From Flectonema sp. DT1601 (taxonomy: Eukaryota): a DNA stretch of 64,000 nucleotides. The DNA is taken from NCBI GenBank assembly GCA_964019425.1, contig OZ025800.1:806001-870000 (forward strand), read 5' to 3'. The position numbers were made by a program, and so were the translations under genes. Positions 58,110-64,000 of this stretch are shown piece by piece; positions within the stretch are counted from its first letter, which is position 1, and the number at the start of each line of letters is the position of its first letter. The notes beneath the pieces are model-generated. The model worked only from the letters and a program-made list of their open reading frames with translations. It was not told the origin of the DNA and did no database searches.

Positions 58110-59387
58110 TTATTTTTTATTGAGTGCTGTATGACTTTTTCTGACAATTTGTTCTAAGATTTCAGACCTTCCAAGCTTACCCATCATTTTATTAAAACCG
58201 TTCGCTATAGCAGTTGCTTTCTCGTATTCTCCGGCAGCGCGGTATAACTTAGCGAGAGACTCATATGGTCGCTTATTATTAATAACACCGTCTTGCATTC
58301 CTTGAGAGAATGCAGCTTCCGCGATATCTATATATTTTTGAGTATCAGATCCACTTGATATTTTCATCGCAACCGAATCAATGAATATCGAATACGTTCT
58401 GTATGTGGGAGATAGTTTCTGTGATAGTATTTTTTTATATTGTCTGGAAACGTTCTCGAAATCACCATTTCTAGAATAGCCAATCATAAGTAGATGATGT
58501 ACTTCGAGAGAAGGTATTAATTTTTCACTTAAAATCATGTCATAAGCGTTCTCCAGTTTGTTTACTAGGTCTCTTGAATCCAAGCTACCTCGTTCACATC
58601 CCTGAATGTATGTTGAGAAACAAATTAAATCCGACATCTTATCAATGCAGGTTTTACGCAACCATTTTTCAGCCAAGTCAAACATATCGTGTCTGACGTA
58701 CATTGATATAACAGCGTGGTAGCTGGATATGGTCGGTAGTTCACCTGATTTTTCAAATTCTGAAATAATCAACTCCACCGTCTTTGGACAACTACAAGAC
58801 AACAATGAATTATAAGTAACATGATCAGGTGCTATTCCTATGTCAGACATTTGGGATAAAATATATTCTTTAAGTTGCATTGCAGAGTCTGTTGTGTCTT
58901 GTTTTGATTTTGATAGCAGTTGTTGAACACCCTTCAGTGCTGTGTTGAAGGTAATCAAGTCGGGTTGAATTAGTTCAGCTTTCATTTCAGAGAATGTTTT
59001 TTTAACGGCTTGAGTGATGTTAGAGGGATGTGAATTTAGTATTCTTGATATCAGTATTGAATTGAATAGGGTCGGGTCTCGTTCTTTTGATGTTTCTCTC
59101 AGTTTTTTTGAAGACTCAAAAAGCTCTTCTGAGGTTTGAAGTAATCCGATCTTCCCAAGAGTTGTTATTGCTACGGATATCGTTTGTTCACCAACATCAT
59201 GGTTGGTTTTTCTCATTGTTTGTAAAGCATTTTCCACCTGAATCTTCATTCTCATTTGAGTCTTGTTGTCTGTTGCTCTCATTTTACGTGCGTGTGCAAA
59301 CTGTTTTCGCAACAACGATGCAGTGTCCTTATCCCTTATCCGCCGGTGCATCGGTCGATCTGCGAGCACGACTCCCCGGCGTAACAT
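58110..59387 (-). CDS. Pentatricopeptide repeat (PPR) protein, predicted mitochondrial
   Basis: PPR motifs PDLITFNTAL, PDHVTYNSLL, PTISSYHAVI, PSLEVHHLLM, PTYRTYSIFI; MLRR presequence. Confidence 0.88.
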   Translation of the reverse strand: MLRRGVVLADRPMHRRIRDKDTASLLRKQFAHARKMRATDNKTQMRMKIQVENALQTMRKTNHDVGEQTISVAITTLGKIGLLQTSEELFESSKKLRETSKERDPTLFNSILISRILNSHPSNITQAVKKTFSEMKAELIQPDLITFNTALKGVQQLLSKSKQDTTDSAMQLKEYILSQMSDIGIAPDHVTYNSLLSCSCPKTVELIISEFEKSGELPTISSYHAVISMYVRHDMFDLAEKWLRKTCIDKMSDLICFSTYIQGCERGSLDSRDLVNKLENAYDMILSEKLIPSLEVHHLLMIGYSRNGDFENVSRQYKKILSQKLSPTYRTYSIFIDSVAMKISSGSDTQKYIDIAEAAFSQGMQDGVINNKRPYESLAKLYRAAGEYEKATAIANGFNKMMGKLGRSEILEQIVRKSHTALNKK

Positions 59388-59853
59388 TTCAATTGCTATG
59401 ATAACATTCTGGTGAAGGAAAGGATGAAAGACTGCAATAATGTGATCATCAATTTAACAGTTATTGTCGTCAGTCTTCTGTACAACCTGTTGCTAGACAT
59501 TCAGCACTCAGAATACTTGGGATGAAAACCTTATTTTATTCAGTTAGGTAGTACGAACACCAACCACATAATTCTACTCGAATAAGTAACTAAGAAGACA
59601 CAGGATAGAGTCTTCTGGAGTCTCCAATACGATCACCTTTATATCTTTGCAAACAGTACAGAAGAGTAATGAATGTCTTCCAGCTACCCGCAGGTATAAA
59701 ATAGGTTTTAGCTTTGAAGACTTCACCTACAGAGATAGACTATGTGCTCATGATGTCAGCTATCTTTAACTACTGTGTGAGATACACAGCGCCCTGTCAT
59801 ACAGCGCCCTGTCATACAGTGTTATAATATCTAATGTAGTGTACAAAAGGGTT

Positions 59854-60738
59854 CTAACTTCTATGACGACCTCTGCCGCTGACAGAACCAGTGTCAATAT
59901 TACCAAACTTCCCAACAAGGTCCCTCTTCGCTACACCACCTGTCCAGGTGGATTCCTCCGATAGCGCTTCGTATTCTGCTTCCTTAATATATTCATCAAT
60001 AACTGAAGGACCAGTTCGTTCCGCTTTAGTTTCTGCTTTTCTGTTTTTAGGCTGCCTAATAGGTTTGCGCTTAGGTGCGGCAGGGTGGTCGGGACCCTTT
60101 TCACCAGGGTCACCCCACTTGTCTTCACTCATCTCATAAAACCACGGCTTGTCAGGGTTTGCTGGCTCTGCAGTAGATATATTCTTCTTTTGTTTGCGAA
60201 GGTTGTCAGCAAGCTGCTGAAGTTCTACGACAGTATTGTTTTTAATCCTACCGTGAATTAAAAGAGACATGTCAAGCATTTGAGTTGCCATTCTTCTTAC
60301 AGTGGTGCTACTCATATCCTTTGCATCATCTTCATGAGTGTTTGGTAAATAAAAATTATAAACTGGTTGTGAGACAGCAGGTCGGAGAAGTAACTCTTTT
60401 CCATTAAGAACATGTCTTGACCTGAAGAACTTAGCTAACGCCTCGTCCTGTCCAGGGGCAAAGACAAGAGATGCACTGCCGAGTGATTTTCCCGCAGCAA
60501 GTCTGATCATTTCATTGGTTCCGTTTCTGCTTCTTGGATCTTTGTCAAGCTGCAGGTCAGTTGTTTTAACAAAGGCATCCAAATACGATTGAAGCATTGT
60601 TTGAGTTACACTCCAGTGAATGTTTTCAATATTAGCATGGACTTCACCAACTCTATCTCCGTACATTCTCCATACCTGAATCATATTACCCGCCACAGCT
60701 TCATAACCAAAACACTTACATAACGTTCGCCTCAACAT
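59854..60738 (-). CDS. Divergent RRM-domain protein, predicted mitochondrial
   Basis: MLRRT presequence; RNP2-like IENIHWSVTQTMLQSYL, RNP1-like GKSLGSASLVF and terminal strand HVLNGKELLLRPA. CAG acceptor at 60751-60753. Confidence 0.7.
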   Translation of the reverse strand: MLRRTLCKCFGYEAVAGNMIQVWRMYGDRVGEVHANIENIHWSVTQTMLQSYLDAFVKTTDLQLDKDPRSRNGTNEMIRLAAGKSLGSASLVFAPGQDEALAKFFRSRHVLNGKELLLRPAVSQPVYNFYLPNTHEDDAKDMSSTTVRRMATQMLDMSLLIHGRIKNNTVVELQQLADNLRKQKKNISTAEPANPDKPWFYEMSEDKWGDPGEKGPDHPAAPKRKPIRQPKNRKAETKAERTGPSVIDEYIKEAEYEALSEESTWTGGVAKRDLVGKFGNIDTGSVSGRGRHRS

Positions 60739-61013
60739 ATCAAATAAAGTCTGTAGAAGTGAAGAACATCTAAATTAATTATAAACAACCTATCTCACAG
60801 GAAATCATAAAAAGTATCATTGTATTCTTATTATTTAATAAGTAGACGATAGTAGAACGTTCTTAGTATTAGACTGTGGTATCGCCATCACTGGCAACCT
60901 ATTGTTGGGTAATAGCATTAGAATATGAACTGAAATAAACATAAGAGAGAATACATTGCAAAATGACAGACAAGTGTGCAGTGTAAATATGTGAACGCTG
61001 ATAATCAGAATAT

Positions 61014-61823
61014 TTAGCAACCTATTCGAATCGCATTTCTGTTTGCCCACTTTGGAAGGAACGGGTTTTGTGTTTCAGCTTCAGGTCTTTTCCATTTTGC
61101 GAATCCAGGTGAGCAAGAACAGTGTTTTTTTTCAATCTGTTTAGGTGGTGAAATAGTTGCCGCAAGAACAACTCTATTAGCATCTCCCCCACGAGGAATC
61201 TTTATTGATAGTCGAGAATTAGTAGGTTTTCTCGCATAGTCACAAGGACCAGGAGAAGACTGTTCCCTATCAACTGCACTACTCAAAGGTATCTTTAAAG
61301 ACCCTCCTCCAGTTGTATACATTAAATTAATTCTCTCTGAGTTTCCTATAACACCTCCTTTAGTCTTTGGTTGGACATCAGAATTACTAACACCAGGTGT
61401 TTGTCCTTTATGTTGATCAAGACTGTTGGATGGGTTGTAAGCACGTGAGAAGGTTTGGTCATGAGAGGTTCTGAATATAAGTTTATCACCTGACTTTATA
61501 TTATAATAAGCGACACTTGGTGTTTGAGTTCGTTCGAATGGAATATGAGCGTTTCCAACAACGCCTGAAAGAGGAATAGTAATACCCGGCATCTTATAAC
61601 ACCAACAGTCACCGCAGTCACATCGGCGGAGGATACCCGCAGTGGTCGGTCGTTGTATTGGAATTTTTCGTTGTCGTTTTGCATTACTTGGAGTCACTAC
61701 ACTCCTGAGTGATGCTGATGTTGGACGCTGTTTTGCTTTAAGAGAAGACTTTTTTGAAGTAGCCTCACAAGCATTTGCAGTTTGTGGTCTTGCCCGTGGT
61801 AGTTTTGATCTATCTGCTGCCAT
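61014..61823 (-). CDS. SHIPPO/STPG (PGP-repeat)-like basic protein, possibly flagellar
   Basis: TPSVAYY, TPGV and SPGPCDY motifs; RPQTA/RPTSA/RPTTA repeats. Confidence 0.6.
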   Translation of the reverse strand: MAADRSKLPRARPQTANACEATSKKSSLKAKQRPTSASLRSVVTPSNAKRQRKIPIQRPTTAGILRRCDCGDCWCYKMPGITIPLSGVVGNAHIPFERTQTPSVAYYNIKSGDKLIFRTSHDQTFSRAYNPSNSLDQHKGQTPGVSNSDVQPKTKGGVIGNSERINLMYTTGGGSLKIPLSSAVDREQSSPGPCDYARKPTNSRLSIKIPRGGDANRVVLAATISPPKQIEKKHCSCSPGFAKWKRPEAETQNPFLPKWANRNAIRIGC

Positions 61824-62341
61824 TGTTTCTCTTTTTTATATAAATGTGCAGTTCAAAAAAAATGATCTAATCAACACAATCGTTGTAATATTTTATACCT
61901 GACTGAATAAAAAAATAAAATTACATTTCAATCACTTCTTATAAATTAACAAAACTGACCTCTTCTGAGTCTTATGATGTTGTTTTTGGCTACTTTTTCT
62001 TTCTCTACTTTTTTTTTTTTGTCTTCTTCTGTTCTTTCTTCCATTCCGTTCTGTTACTTTTTTTTTTTTTTTTTCTCCTCATTAAATCGACTTTTTTTTT
62101 TTTTTTTTTAGTTGTTTTTTTTGTCAATAACCCTACTGGATGGGCATAAGCCCAAATGGCTTGATGAAGGACGCGTGGTGTACACGTTAAGTTGCTTCGT
62201 AAAAGAGAAAAGCTCTTTGGTGAAGTTATCTGGACCAATGCAGGCGTTCGCTGGATTGCGTAGCGCGCTGTCGTCCGGTGATTGAAAGTCCTGATGGGGA
62301 TTGCACCGCTAAGAATTTACATAATCACAGCTGTGATATTC

Positions 62342-62710
62342 TTATGATGCCCGTGTTAGAGATTCCACTTGACTCGCTGCAACTAAGTTCAATAATTCCT
62401 CCTGCATTGGTGATGATTTGAAGGCTTCTACTGACATTGAAAATGCTTTTTGATATTTCTTATGACACAACGACACGCATTTCTTCTCTCCTCCGTATTC
62501 CTTATCACGCTTTCTCTCATCGAGGTCTCTCCTCCAGGCTGTTCGAATATCCTCTTGGTCCATACATTTATCAAAACACGCTTCTAAGGCAACATGCTTT
62601 GAGTGTTTCACCGCATGCAGCTGTTGATAAAACTGAGCAGTTTGTAACATTTCCATCTGTCTGGCTGTCATTGGAGGCATACCGGCAGGCATACCCATTT
62701 GTTGCGCCAT
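62342..62710 (-). CDS. Small Tim-like twin CX3C protein
   Basis: EACFDKCM ... EKKCVSLCHKKY; 122 aa. Confidence 0.7.
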   Translation of the reverse strand: MAQQMGMPAGMPPMTARQMEMLQTAQFYQQLHAVKHSKHVALEACFDKCMDQEDIRTAWRRDLDERKRDKEYGGEKKCVSLCHKKYQKAFSMSVEAFKSSPMQEELLNLVAASQVESLTRAS

Positions 62711-62949
62711 GATTATGCGATGAAGTGCTGTTTATGAATTATAATTATACTAAAAATAAAGCACCATGGGTCTGTAATTAGATAAACCTTTATGATATAG
62801 ACGTATATGTGCTGTTTAAGGAAATATTAAATCAAAAGCCTCCTTACTAATGCAAGCTACCAAAAGAACTTCCATAATATCAACATCATTCATATCTAAA
62901 GTGTAAGTGTCTATTATTGATTACGCAGATGTAACATATCAAGATCTGA

Positions 62950-63360
62950 CTAAGGAATTAATTTCCAAATGTGAGACTTCCAACCATGACAAGTCGAACT
63001 GTAAAGGTCCAACGGCTGAGAAAACTGTTTTTCGACTCCCAAGATCTGATTGGTTTTGTGAACTGCGGATAGTCACCTCCGACAGTAACGATGAGAGCAT
63101 CTAAAGAGGAAATCGTATCCAGCAGCAGTAACATTTTTAAGACCAGAAAGAGGAACTTAATTCCTAACAGTAGGAACACTACCGAGAGAGATCAACTTCA
63201 GTGAGTGATATTAGAATTGCGTAAAGAAATCTTCGGATTGCCGGAAGTATCAAATGTTTGTCGATACCAATTAACTCATCGAATGTCTTGTCTATTCTTT
63301 CTGATCACGTCGGAAGTTTCTTTTTCAAGACCTCATCAAGAACAGTTTTCGCCATTCATT
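62950..63360 (-). pseudogene. Decayed LRR gene of the same family as 47990-49129
   Basis: LRR-like fragments in different frames with stops: KISLRNSNITH (63201-63233), LTEVDLS (63185-63205), SGLKNVTAAGYDFLFRCS (63094-63147), NSFLSRW (63009-63029), FDLS (62987-62998). Boundaries are approximate. Confidence 0.5.
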
Positions 63361-63706
63361 CCCTCTCAATGAGAAGCCAACTGTGTCACTACCACAGGAA
63401 ATCTGATCAAAGTTACCCAAAACTTACATTTGCAGTAAACCTGCAAGGGAGGAGACTAATTTAATTAATAAGAACAACTAAAACAAAACAAACACGATAA
63501 TGCTATAGTAACGTCCCTGTACCCAGGAAACCATTCGCTTAAATTTAATTAATAATTTGTAATGTCTAGCGATGTCATTATTCTTATAACAACCAGTCAA
63601 TAATAATAAGTGTTATTCTAACTCCTAATAGCAGTATCTCATGTGCACTAGCGGAGTGTTTCCTTATGTGCTACCGTTGAATCTCACTTGTATCGTTTCA
63701 TACAAT

Positions 63707-64000
63707 TTATGGAAATACTTTTGCCAGCCTCCTCCTCCTCATCAAATACAACAAAAACACAACGGGAGTTATGTAAGTCATCACCGCAAGAACTTCTATT
63801 ACAGAATATGTTCGCGGTGAATCGAAGGAAACATTGTTACCAGCGAGAATTGAACTGGGGAGAGGTGTAGAGGTGTCAGCGGTACTCACAATAGATGCGG
63901 ATGTGGGTTTGGATGTAGATTTGGATGTGGATTTTATCTGGCCAGGCAATGCTTTGCCAGAAGGTAACAATGTAACGGCATGAACAGAAGGATGTTCAGA
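63707..64000 (-). CDS. 3' end of a type I membrane protein (partial, runs off the window)
   Basis: Frame is open to the window edge; Ser/Thr-rich stalk, TM helix VIEVLAVMTYITPVVFLLYLM and stop-transfer RRRR. Confidence 0.7.
   Translation of the reverse strand, partial: SEHPSVHAVTLLPSGKALPGQIKSTSKSTSKPTSASIVSTADTSTPLPSSILAGNNVSFDSPRTYSVIEVLAVMTYITPVVFLLYLMRRRRLAKVFP

Noticed and set aside
59786..59819. 15-bp tandem duplication acagcgccctgtcat, plus microsatellites (aat, attt, atcaa, gata) elsewhere
   Set aside because: Ordinary slippage products with no further structure.
63183..63355. Selenoprotein or TGA read-through (MAKTVLDEVLKKKLPT*SERID...)
   Set aside because: No redox motif or recognisable SECIS; the region fits a decayed LRR gene, and standard-code ORFs elsewhere are uninterrupted.
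1..64000. Spliced-leader RNA, snRNA, rRNA or telomeric arrays
   Set aside because: No match to the conserved SL core (gtttctgtac followed by a donor), U2/U6 motifs or tandem TTAGGG was found by eye; an Infernal search would be decisive.

Overview
AT-rich eukaryotic (protist) nuclear DNA. About 23 credible protein-coding genes all lie on the minus strand in one head-to-tail cluster, separated by spacers rich in poly(A)/poly(T). Most genes are intronless; a few carry short GT-AG introns. The one-strand layout, U-rich AG acceptors just upstream of start codons, MLRR-type mitochondrial presequences and genuine cis-introns suggest a euglenozoan, most likely diplonemid-like. This is inference and has not been verified by search. 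Recognisable genes include a nucleotide-sugar/TPT transporter, a DEDDy exonuclease + UPF1-like helicase fusion, class I PI3K, a bacterial-type MMPL/RND transporter, GUCD1, a type I inositol 5-phosphatase and a CCCH zinc-finger protein. Further along are a RAD5-like SNF2/RING helicase, a degenerate nucleotide cyclase, a Ubl-LRR protein with a decayed paralogue, a formin with an internal duplication, PPR and RRM mitochondrial proteins, a SHIPPO-repeat protein and a small Tim. Non-coding features include a 14 x 30-bp minisatellite and several dispersed short repeats. The most interesting leads are: (1) cis-introns that lack a polypyrimidine tract and have complementary ends, unlike the U-rich 5' acceptors; (2) the exonuclease-helicase fusion; (3) an adjacent mitochondrial PPR + SLIRP-like RRM pair; (4) a U1-mimic hairpin over a stop-containing splice donor in GUCD1. 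No tRNA, rRNA, CRISPR array or autonomous transposon was recognised.
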